In this document: one piece after another, positions 53,569 to 60,998 of the stretch
Numbering within the stretch: the stretch's first letter is position 1
Layout: every line of letters starts with the position of its first letter
Assembly: GCA_964513925.1 (NCBI GenBank)
Contig: CAZENR010000007.1
Location: 2,658-66,657 of the forward strand
Source of the DNA: an uncultured Candidatus Peribacteria bacterium
Lineage (GTDB): Bacteria; Patescibacteriota; Gracilibacteria; Peribacterales; Peribacteraceae
Direction: 5' to 3'
Length of the DNA stretch: 64,000 nucleotides
Program-made: the position numbers and the translations under genes
The notes under the pieces: model-generated
The model's database searches: none
The model's input: only the letters and a program-made list of their open reading frames with translations
What the model was told of the DNA's origin: nothing

Positions 53569-54156
53569 ATGAATCTTGCCACATACGTTACCGTTCTGCG
53601 CTTAGCACTTATTCCCGTGGGAGTAATGCTGCTGTTTACCACTGGTGTTCCAGGGAATTACCTGCTTGCGCTGGGAGTGTTTGTTTTCGCGTTGCTTACC
53701 GACTGCCTGGATGGCTACCTGGCTCGCAGGTACAAGATGGTGACGGCGTTCGGCGGGTACTTAGACGGTGTTGCCGACAAGCTGCTGACGCTCTTGTACT
53801 TCGTCTACCTGCAGAACGCAGGTTTGTATCCGCTGTGGCTGCTCGAAATCGCCATCGCCCGCATGTTCATTGTGACAAGTCTGCGCAGCTACTTAATTAG
53901 CCAAGTTGCCAGTGTGGGCGAGCTGAAGACGGGGAAGTGGCAGGGAATACTCATCGGACTTTCGTTGATACTGGGCATCCTTGCGTTGGCCGCCAAGGCC
54001 GGCCAGGCAATGCCGCAACATGCCGAAACACTTGCTGCGTGGGCCGCATACACCATGTACGCAGGAGTCCTGGTGAGCCTGCTCTTCTCGCCGCGAGCCG
54101 CAGTTGCGTACGCGCGACAAGCCATGGCGGGCCTGAAGAAGCCCAAGAACGCGTAA
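53569..54156 (+). CDS. pgsA: CDP-alcohol phosphatidyltransferase (PgsA-like)
   Basis: TDCLDGYLARRYKMVTAFGGYLDGVADK matches D-x2-DG-x2-AR-x8-G-x3-D-x3-D. About 6 TM. Confidence 0.8.
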   Translation: MNLATYVTVLRLALIPVGVMLLFTTGVPGNYLLALGVFVFALLTDCLDGYLARRYKMVTAFGGYLDGVADKLLTLLYFVYLQNAGLYPLWLLEIAIARMFIVTSLRSYLISQVASVGELKTGKWQGILIGLSLILGILALAAKAGQAMPQHAETLAAWAAYTMYAGVLVSLLFSPRAAVAYARQAMAGLKKPKNA

Positions 54157-54192
54157 GCCGTGTTTGCAATGCCCAGAACGTTTGGATAAGGT

Positions 54193-54792
54193 TTGCCCGT
54201 GCGCATACACCCGCTCCTGTCGCCGAACGCATTCACCGTGCTGCGGCTGCTGCTGACGCCGGTGGCGTTGTGGTTGCTGCTAGATCCGGCAGTACCCCAT
54301 CATTTCCGCTGGGCAACGGTTGTGTTTGTGGTTGCCATGACAACCGATGTCATCGACGGATGCATTGCCAGGCGTTACAACCTCATCACCAGACTTGGAA
54401 ATTATCTGGATCCGCTTGCGGATAAATTACTCATCAATCTCATGCTGTTTGCATTCGTTGCGCTCGGCCTGGTCCCGTATTGGCTGGCAGCCGTACTCTT
54501 TGCGCGCGATATGCTTTCCAGCGACTTCAAAAGCTTTGCGGCGATGCAGAAGGTGCATGTGTCTTTTGCCCCAGTTGCCGGCAAAGTGAAGGCATTGCTG
54601 CAAACCGTGGGTATTACCTGCTTTCTCGTCGCTCTCTCCGGCCACGAATCTGCGGCACTGCCTCCCGTTGCAATAGAGGCACTGCTGAATGCGGGTCTGG
54701 GCTGCCTGATTGTTGCGCTCTGCGTAGGCTTGTACGGTCTGGCTCGACTGTTGTCCAAAAGCGCTCGCCTCGTATTCCATGTCGCCCAATGA
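54193..54792 (+). CDS. Second CDP-alcohol phosphatidyltransferase paralog
   Basis: TDVIDGCIARRYNLITRLGNYLDPLADK (same signature). TTG start at 54193, or GTG at 54199. Confidence 0.8.
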   Translation: MPVRIHPLLSPNAFTVLRLLLTPVALWLLLDPAVPHHFRWATVVFVVAMTTDVIDGCIARRYNLITRLGNYLDPLADKLLINLMLFAFVALGLVPYWLAAVLFARDMLSSDFKSFAAMQKVHVSFAPVAGKVKALLQTVGITCFLVALSGHESAALPPVAIEALLNAGLGCLIVALCVGLYGLARLLSKSARLVFHVAQ

Positions 54793-55940
54793 ATACGTTT
54801 CAGTACTTTCTGCCCACGCGGATCATCTTCGGCCGCGGCACAGTTGCATCGCTTCCCGAATACGTGCGCAGCGAATTTCCTTCGGCGCGCAAAATCTTGC
54901 TGGTGACGGGGCGAACATTCCTGCGCTCCCACGCCATTACGGACAAAATCGCCACGCTGCTCAGCGCGTATGACGTTCTTATGTTCGATCAGGTGGAATC
55001 CGGCCCCACCCGCCAAACACTGGATGCCGCTCTTGCCGAAGAGAAGCGATTCCGCCCGGATGTAGTGCTTGGCATTGGCGGCGGCAGCGCCATGGATTTA
55101 GCCAAGGCAGTAGCCATTCTGGCTCGTAACTCTGGTACGCTCGATGAATATCAGCAGGGCAAGAAAATGGCGCACGATGCCATTCCGTACGTGGCTGTGC
55201 CTACAACAACAGGAACTGCATCCGAGATGACCGTGTGGTCGGTCATCATTAATAACGCTGGAATGTACGCCGGCAAGCGCAAGAGCTTCTCAGACGAGCG
55301 TATGTATCCCAAACTGGCGGTGATTGATCCGGATTTAACGGCAACGCTGTCGCCGGAGGCAACCATGGGTACTGCGCTGGATATTCTGTCGGCATCCATA
55401 GAATCCCTGTGGTCCAAGAAGCGCAATCCCGTCTCTACGTGCTTTGCGGTGCAGGCCATTACATTGGCGCTCAAGCATATCCCTCGCGTGTACGCCGATC
55501 CGCACAACCTACAGGAGCGCGAGCAACTATGTCTTGCCTCTCTTTTCTGCGGCTTTGCCGTCTCCAATTCCCGAACCGGTGCGCCGCATAAGGTGTCGTA
55601 TCCTCTAAGTTCGCATTACAAAGTGCCTCACGGCGCGGCTTGTATGCTCTCCTTGCCTTATTTTCTGGAATTCTTCGGCGAGCGAGAACCGGCATTATTG
55701 CAAGATGTTCTGGTTGCCACACAGTGCCATTCGCCCAAGCAGGCGGCGGATCTGCTGCGGACGTTGGTGCACTCCGTCGGTTTCCCCAACTGCCTGAAAG
55801 ATGCCGGTGTGGCGCCGGAAGATATAGAGTTCATTGCACGCAACAGCTACGTGCCGCCGCAGCAGCAAGAGGATCCGGTGCCCATGAGTTACAAAGAGTT
55901 CGTGGCGATTCTGGAGCGAGCGTATTCCGCAGATCGCTGA
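54789..55940 (+). CDS. Iron-containing alcohol dehydrogenase family protein with an altered metal site
   Basis: ATG 54789 overlaps the upstream TGA (ATGA). VLGIGGGSAMDLAKAVA, VAVPTTTGTASEMT, GAPHKVSYPLSSHYKVPHGAA. The usual 'D-A-L-x-H' block reads ALDILSASIE (His replaced by Ser). Confidence 0.8.
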   Translation: MNTFQYFLPTRIIFGRGTVASLPEYVRSEFPSARKILLVTGRTFLRSHAITDKIATLLSAYDVLMFDQVESGPTRQTLDAALAEEKRFRPDVVLGIGGGSAMDLAKAVAILARNSGTLDEYQQGKKMAHDAIPYVAVPTTTGTASEMTVWSVIINNAGMYAGKRKSFSDERMYPKLAVIDPDLTATLSPEATMGTALDILSASIESLWSKKRNPVSTCFAVQAITLALKHIPRVYADPHNLQEREQLCLASLFCGFAVSNSRTGAPHKVSYPLSSHYKVPHGAACMLSLPYFLEFFGEREPALLQDVLVATQCHSPKQAADLLRTLVHSVGFPNCLKDAGVAPEDIEFIARNSYVPPQQQEDPVPMSYKEFVAILERAYSADR

Positions 55941-55982
55941 TCCGTTTGTGAAGCGACTCGGGGGGGTGCATACTCGTAGTGC

Positions 55983-56507
55983 ATGAGTATCCCGGAGGTG
56001 CTGTACCTCTTCTTGCCGGCATTCGTGGCCAATGGCGCTCCCGTGGTAGCGCGCAAAATTCCTGGCATAACGTCTTGGACAACGCCGATTTGCGTTCGCG
56101 CCTTCGGCGCCAATAAAACGTATCGCGGTTTCGCCGTTGGCGTAGCGTCCGCAATTGTGACAGCTCTGGTGCAATTCTCCTTGCGCAACCAATGGATCTT
56201 TAAGGAGCTTACCGAGCTGCATAACTCCTTGGGGCAAAGTGCGCTGGTCGGGTTTTTATTGGGTTTTGGCGCACTTTTCGGAGACTTGGTGAAAAGCTTC
56301 GTAAAGCGACGCATCGGCATTGCGCCGGGGCAAGCATGGCCAGTGCTCGATGGCATCGATTACATTCTTGGAGCCGCACTCTTCATCCTGCCGCTGTACA
56401 AGGCTTCGCTGATGGATATTGTGGTGCTCATCGTCGCCGCGCCGCTGCTGAGCTTGCTTGCAAACAGCGTCTCGTTCGTCCTTGGCTGGAAGGATGTTTG
56501 GTATTAA
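55983..56507 (+). CDS. carS: CDP-archaeol synthase family (CarS / DUF46) homolog
   Basis: 174 aa, about 5 TM. LFLPAFVANGAPVV, NKTYRGF, GFGALFGDLVKSFVKRRIGIAPGQAWPVLDGIDYILGAALF, C-terminal GWKDVWY. Lacks the CdsA PGHGG...DR.D signature. Confidence 0.75.
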   Translation: MSIPEVLYLFLPAFVANGAPVVARKIPGITSWTTPICVRAFGANKTYRGFAVGVASAIVTALVQFSLRNQWIFKELTELHNSLGQSALVGFLLGFGALFGDLVKSFVKRRIGIAPGQAWPVLDGIDYILGAALFILPLYKASLMDIVVLIVAAPLLSLLANSVSFVLGWKDVWY

Positions 56508-56511
56508 TCCC

Positions 56512-57042
56512 ATGCGGCAATCGCCATTCCAATGCGCAGGCAGGCTGCTCTTAAGCCTTGGTGGCATCGGCTTTCTGCCGCGGCTTTCACCCACCATAGC
56601 CACCGCGGTGTCGGCACTGTTGCTGTGGCTGGTTTCCATCGCACTTCCCGCAGATCCACAACAACGACTTGCCCTGCTTCTTGCCCTTTTTATTGGCTTT
56701 GCCGCCGCAGCATTCATTGCTCTTGCGCGATGTGTTCCGGCACAGCATTACGACCAGCGCTATGTGGTCATTGACGAATTTCTAGGCCTGTTTGCTGCAT
56801 TGTTTCCATCATTACTAGCAGGCGTGCCAGCTCCCGCATTGCTGCTTGTCGCTTTTGTTGTCTTTCGGGTCATCGACCACACCAAGCCCCTATTCATTCG
56901 CAGCATAGACAAGTGTAATTCGCCTGCGAGCGTACTTCTCGATGATGTCATCGCCGGCATCTACACCGCTTTTGTCCTGGCGGTCATGCTGGAATTTTTC
57001 CCTCTTGCGGCCCTGCATGCTGCTCCATTGGCGGCAATGTAA
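56512..57042 (+). CDS. pgpA: Phosphatidylglycerophosphatase A
   Basis: Start trimmed to ATG 56512. VVIDEFLG, FRVIDHTKP, LLDDVIAGIYTA are PgpA blocks. Confidence 0.8.
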   Translation: MRQSPFQCAGRLLLSLGGIGFLPRLSPTIATAVSALLLWLVSIALPADPQQRLALLLALFIGFAAAAFIALARCVPAQHYDQRYVVIDEFLGLFAALFPSLLAGVPAPALLLVAFVVFRVIDHTKPLFIRSIDKCNSPASVLLDDVIAGIYTAFVLAVMLEFFPLAALHAAPLAAM

Positions 57043-59251
57043 GCGTAAATACGGTCACGCCTTTTTCGCTCTGGAACGCGAGAGTGCCACCTATGGCTTC
57101 TGCGGCAATTTGCGAAATGTACAAGCCCAGTCCGTTGCCATCGGTATTCGTGGATTGCGCGTTTTTCGCTCGGAACAGCTTACTGAAGACCTTGTGTTGC
57201 TCTTCCGGTGGAATGCCAATACCCGTATCGCGCACCTGCAATACTAATGCTCTGGCAGCTTGCGTCAGCGAAACCCTAACCGTACTGGCTTGGTTGCCGT
57301 ACTTGAGTGCGTTGGCCAGCAAGTTTTCTATCACCAGCCGCAGCAGCACCTCATCGGTGTGGATGGCTGCCGGCACTCCGGCGTTGGCCGTAAGATCGAT
57401 GCGAATTTGCCGCTTAGCGGCATCAACCTGGGCTGCTTTTACCACATCTTGAGCCAGCGCAATCGGGTTTACCGTATCCGTGGCCGCTGAGAGCGTACCA
57501 AGTTCAATGCGCGACACGTTAAGCAGCGCGTTCACCAATCGCACCATTCGCTCATTGGATGTAGATACCTGCTGCACATAACTTTGCTGGTCTTCGTTCA
57601 GCGGGCCGACATCTTTACTCAGCAGCATTTCCAAATACCACCGCATGGACGACAGCGGCGTGCGCAGCTGGTGCGACACCAAGGAAATAAACTCCGATTT
57701 CATGCGATCGATCCGGCGGTCTTCCGTCGTATCGCGGAAAATTGCCACTGCCCCAGAGCAGTGCCAGCCGCGCAATACCGGCGTAATGCGCAGCGCCAGC
57801 GGCATCTTGCTGCCATCCTTACGTTTGAGCGTCAATTGCGGGTCTTGCGTGGGGGCGAATTTCTGCTTCGATGCCAGCACTTGTGTGATGGGGTGTGAAT
57901 CGCGCGGGAGCGCCGCTGCTGAGGCATCTTCTATACCGAGTACCGCTTCGCAACGCTTGCCCACCGCCTCTTCCTGGCTCCACCCGGTCAACAGACATGC
58001 CGCATCATTCAGTAATTCAACGTTGCCCTCGGCATCGGTTACCAACAGCCCGTACTCGATACTCCGTAAAATCGCATCATCTTGGGCGTGTTGCTCCATG
58101 AGCGCCTTGGTGCGCACGCGAACAAGTTCTTCCAGGTGATCGTGCGATTGTCTCAGCCGGCCGGTTAAGTCGAACGCTGCCGCGTCCAGCCGCTCTATTT
58201 CGTTTCCGGTATGAATGGAGCGCGCAAATAACCAACGCTTGGATTCCAGGCCTTCCAACTTTCTGGTCAAATCTTGCAGCGGTTCGGTAATGCGCTGCGC
58301 AAGGCAGTACATGGTCAGTGCCAACAGGAGAATGAGCACGATGCCCGCAATCAGCAGCTTGGCTGCCAGCATCGCAAGCGGCAGGTCGATTTCGTGCGTG
58401 TCGATTTGCACTACAATGCCCCAGCCCATGGCAGGCAGAGAGCGGTACGCAGCCAGCACCCGGATACCTGCGTAGTCGTATGTCTCCTCAATGCCCTCGT
58501 ACCCGGTCACTGCCAATGCCAGTGGCATCTTGCTGCTTAGGCGTGACTCGAATCCGCCCAAATCCAACATTGCCGTCTCGTGTACCCCTTTAGGCTTGTG
58601 GAGCAGCAGCAACTGGCCATCGTTTCTAGCTGACAGCAGAATGTCCGTCGTTTTTCCAAGTTCGTCGGTACTGAGTACCTGGTCCAAAATCGGTTTGGCG
58701 CGGAATATCGCAACCATACGTCCGTTTGCTGTCGGCGTTGCAATTGCATACAAGTCCCAGCCGCGCTCGGTAAGTAGGGTGATCAGCTGTGTCGATGTAC
58801 CCCGCAGACCACGCAGGGCTTGAAGCATGTCATTGGTTGGCTGTTGCCCGGCCAACACTTGCACTGCTCCGGATCTGGAAAGCGTAAACAATCCCTGGAA
58901 TCCAATCAGCTGCGTAAGCTGCGGAATATTTTCCAGACGCTGTTCTTTCGCAAGCGCTGCTACCTGCTCTCGCCGTGCAGAAAGAACGCTTTCGAGCAAT
59001 TCCTCTTTGGCATGAATGATGGATTGCAACTGCGTCGTTGCGCGCGAATACATTTCACTTCGCGCCAATACCAGCGCCGCAACGATTGTTGCGGTAATGG
59101 CGAATGCCGCCAGTACAGACGTCTCGATAAACAGCGTTTTTCGCAATGAGCCGTTGGCGGATTCAATGTGGGTGTTCACGTAGTGACGTAATCTTTGAAT
59201 TATAGCAGAAATATGCGGTTTTTTCCACTGGTCTGCGGCTGATATCGACAT
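56984..59251 (-). CDS. Sensor histidine kinase (TM, extracytoplasmic domain, TM, HAMP, PAS, HisKA, HATPase)
   Basis: H-box FISLVSHQLRTPLSS; N box LLANALKYG; G1 VRDTGIGIPPEE; G2 GNGLGLYISQ. No response regulator in the window. 59-nt convergent overlap with pgpA. Confidence 0.88.
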   Translation of the reverse strand: MSISAADQWKKPHISAIIQRLRHYVNTHIESANGSLRKTLFIETSVLAAFAITATIVAALVLARSEMYSRATTQLQSIIHAKEELLESVLSARREQVAALAKEQRLENIPQLTQLIGFQGLFTLSRSGAVQVLAGQQPTNDMLQALRGLRGTSTQLITLLTERGWDLYAIATPTANGRMVAIFRAKPILDQVLSTDELGKTTDILLSARNDGQLLLLHKPKGVHETAMLDLGGFESRLSSKMPLALAVTGYEGIEETYDYAGIRVLAAYRSLPAMGWGIVVQIDTHEIDLPLAMLAAKLLIAGIVLILLLALTMYCLAQRITEPLQDLTRKLEGLESKRWLFARSIHTGNEIERLDAAAFDLTGRLRQSHDHLEELVRVRTKALMEQHAQDDAILRSIEYGLLVTDAEGNVELLNDAACLLTGWSQEEAVGKRCEAVLGIEDASAAALPRDSHPITQVLASKQKFAPTQDPQLTLKRKDGSKMPLALRITPVLRGWHCSGAVAIFRDTTEDRRIDRMKSEFISLVSHQLRTPLSSMRWYLEMLLSKDVGPLNEDQQSYVQQVSTSNERMVRLVNALLNVSRIELGTLSAATDTVNPIALAQDVVKAAQVDAAKRQIRIDLTANAGVPAAIHTDEVLLRLVIENLLANALKYGNQASTVRVSLTQAARALVLQVRDTGIGIPPEEQHKVFSKLFRAKNAQSTNTDGNGLGLYISQIAAEAIGGTLAFQSEKGVTVFTLTLPPMEQHAGPQEGKIPA

Positions 59252-59254
59252 ACG

Positions 59255-59282
59255 AAAAACCCTCCTAGAAAGGAGGGTTTTT
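59255..59282. terminator. Bidirectional terminator
   Basis: AAAAACCCTCCT-agaa-AGGAGGGTTTTT, between the kinase start and the last pilin stop. Confidence 0.7.
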
Positions 59283-59300
59283 GGCTTTTAGAAGACGAAA

Positions 59301-59747
59301 CTAGCGAGTGACACTGATGGTCACGCTGTTCTCGGCACCAGGCGAGGAAACCGTGATGCGACTGGTCGTGGCGTTCTTGGAGATGATGTAGTTCGTGCCG
59401 GTGGCAGTTGCGCTCTGCGGGTCAGAGGGCAAGGCGACGATGTACGAACCGGTCAACATGTTCAGGTTAATGCCGTTGTTGCAGCTGACGTTCACGCCGC
59501 TCTTACATACCTTGGTGGCAACGGTCGTAATGGTGGTCGGGATGTTGCCGTTGTTATCCAGCGCGTACTGATACACGGCGTTGAGGATGGTGTTTACGTC
59601 GGTGCGGCGCTGTGCATTGCGGGCATCTGCGAGCTGCTTAGTGGGGTTGATGGCCACGATCACCACGGAGGCGAGAATGGCGATGATACCGATGACGAGC
59701 AGAAGCTCGATGAGGGTGAAACCCTTGCGGGAAGAAAAAGTGGCCAT
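59301..59747 (-). CDS. Type IV pilin-like protein (major-pilin paralog 1)
   Basis: MATFSSRKG|FTLIELLLVIGIIAILASVVIVAINP: prepilin cleavage/methylation site with Glu5. 148 aa. Confidence 0.88.
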   Translation of the reverse strand: MATFSSRKGFTLIELLLVIGIIAILASVVIVAINPTKQLADARNAQRRTDVNTILNAVYQYALDNNGNIPTTITTVATKVCKSGVNVSCNNGINLNMLTGSYIVALPSDPQSATATGTNYIISKNATTSRITVSSPGAENSVTISVTR

Positions 59748-59885
59748 GGGAGCAGAAAAGTGAGGAAAGATGGCGCCGCGCAGATGACCGCGCCAGCAAG
59801 TGGGGAATAGTGTATCACCCGTTCAGTTACGTCTCTAGCAGATGCCGAATCCAATGCAGGTGTTTGTAAAGGCTTTCCAGACATG

Positions 59886-59915
59886 AAAAAGGCCCCCGCT
59901 CCGGAGGCCTTTTTT
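59886..59915 (-). terminator. Terminator after pilin paralog 2
   Basis: AAAAAGGCCCCCGCTCCGGAGGCCTTTTTT (stem with one mismatch; A- and T-runs on both sides). Confidence 0.6.
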
Positions 59916-59929
59916 CACGAAATGAACGA

Positions 59930-60373
59930 CTAGCGAGTAACGCTGATCGATGCACTCTGCTCTGCACCTGGGGCGGCGACCGTTACGCGGTTGCCAGCCT
60001 TGATGACAGTGTAGTTCGTACCAGTGGCGGTTGCGCTCTGTGGGTCGAACGGCATACCGACGATGTACGAGCCGGTAAGCATGTTCAGGCTGATACCGTC
60101 GCTGTCACAGTCTACGTTCACACCGCTCTTACAAATGAGCTTGGTGGTCGTGGTGATCGTGGACGGCAGGTTACCGTTGTTGTCGATCGAGTACTGGTAG
60201 ATCGCGTTCAGGATGGTGTTCACGTCGCTGCGGCGCTGCGCATTGCGTGCGTCACCAAGCTGCTTGGTGGGGTTGATGGCCACGATAACGATGGCGGCCA
60301 AAATGGCGATGATACCGATAACGAGCAGAAGCTCGATGAGGGTGAAACCCCCGCGGGTGGAACGAGTGGTCAT
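59930..60373 (-). CDS. Type IV pilin-like protein (major-pilin paralog 2)
   Basis: MTTRSTRGG|FTLIELLLVIGIIAILAAIVIVAINP. Collinear with paralog 1 along its whole length (...DARNAQRR.DVNTILNA.YQY..DNNGN.P..IT...K..CKSGVNV.C...I.LNMLTGSYIV..P.DPQSATATGTNY...). Confidence 0.88.
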   Translation of the reverse strand: MTTRSTRGGFTLIELLLVIGIIAILAAIVIVAINPTKQLGDARNAQRRSDVNTILNAIYQYSIDNNGNLPSTITTTTKLICKSGVNVDCDSDGISLNMLTGSYIVGMPFDPQSATATGTNYTVIKAGNRVTVAAPGAEQSASISVTR

Positions 60374-60554
60374 TGAAGATTGGGAGAAGGGATATGAATG
60401 AGGGCACGACGAGCCCTCCTACTAGGAACTAGGAGAGTAGTATACGCCTTTCGGTGCTTGTCGATAGCGAGAAGTATTGCGTAGCAAAACAGGTTATGAG
60501 CTGGTGACATCTCGTCAGCACACAGCGGTATTCCGCTATTTCATCACATTTTCT

Positions 60555-60995
60555 TTACCGCGTCACGGATAGGTACTCGCCTTGCTCTGCGCCTGGCGCG
60601 TCTACGGTTACGCGGTTGCCAATCCGCACGATTGTGTAAAACGTGGTTGTGGCTGTGGCAGATTGCGGGTCGTACGGAAGCTGTGCGATGTACGAACCTG
60701 TCAGTATGTTCAGGTTCACCAACCCGCTGCAGTCTATGTTCACGCCGCTGCGACAAATGGCGGTGGGGGTGAGCGGAACTGTGGGCGGGAAGTTGCCGTT
60801 ATGATCCACCGAGTACTGGTACACCGCATCCACAATGACCCGCAGGTCGGACTCGCGCTTGGCGTTACGCGCTTCGGCTAGCTGTTTATTGGGGTTAATG
60901 GATACAATAACAACGCCCGACAACACGCCTAAAATACCAATAACGATCAGAAGCTCTATGAGCGTAAACCCGGCATGTGCTCTTCGTACATTCAT
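60555..60995 (-). CDS. Type IV pilin-like protein (major-pilin paralog 3, more divergent)
   Basis: MNVRRAHAG|FTLIELLIVIGILGVLSGVVIVSINP...DPQSATAT...VTVDAPGAEQGEYLSVTR. Confidence 0.88.
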   Translation of the reverse strand: MNVRRAHAGFTLIELLIVIGILGVLSGVVIVSINPNKQLAEARNAKRESDLRVIVDAVYQYSVDHNGNFPPTVPLTPTAICRSGVNIDCSGLVNLNILTGSYIAQLPYDPQSATATTTFYTIVRIGNRVTVDAPGAEQGEYLSVTR

Positions 60996-60998
60996 GCG

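Noticed and set aside
54789-55940. Calling the Fe-ADH a glycerol-1-phosphate dehydrogenase (EgsA/AraM), which would imply archaeal-stereochemistry lipids
   Set aside because: The motifs (GGGS..D.AK, PTT.GT.SE, PHG) are those of classical group III alcohol dehydrogenases rather than the G1PDH pattern as I remember it. No GGGPS or DGGGPS is in the window. This is left as an open question, not a call.
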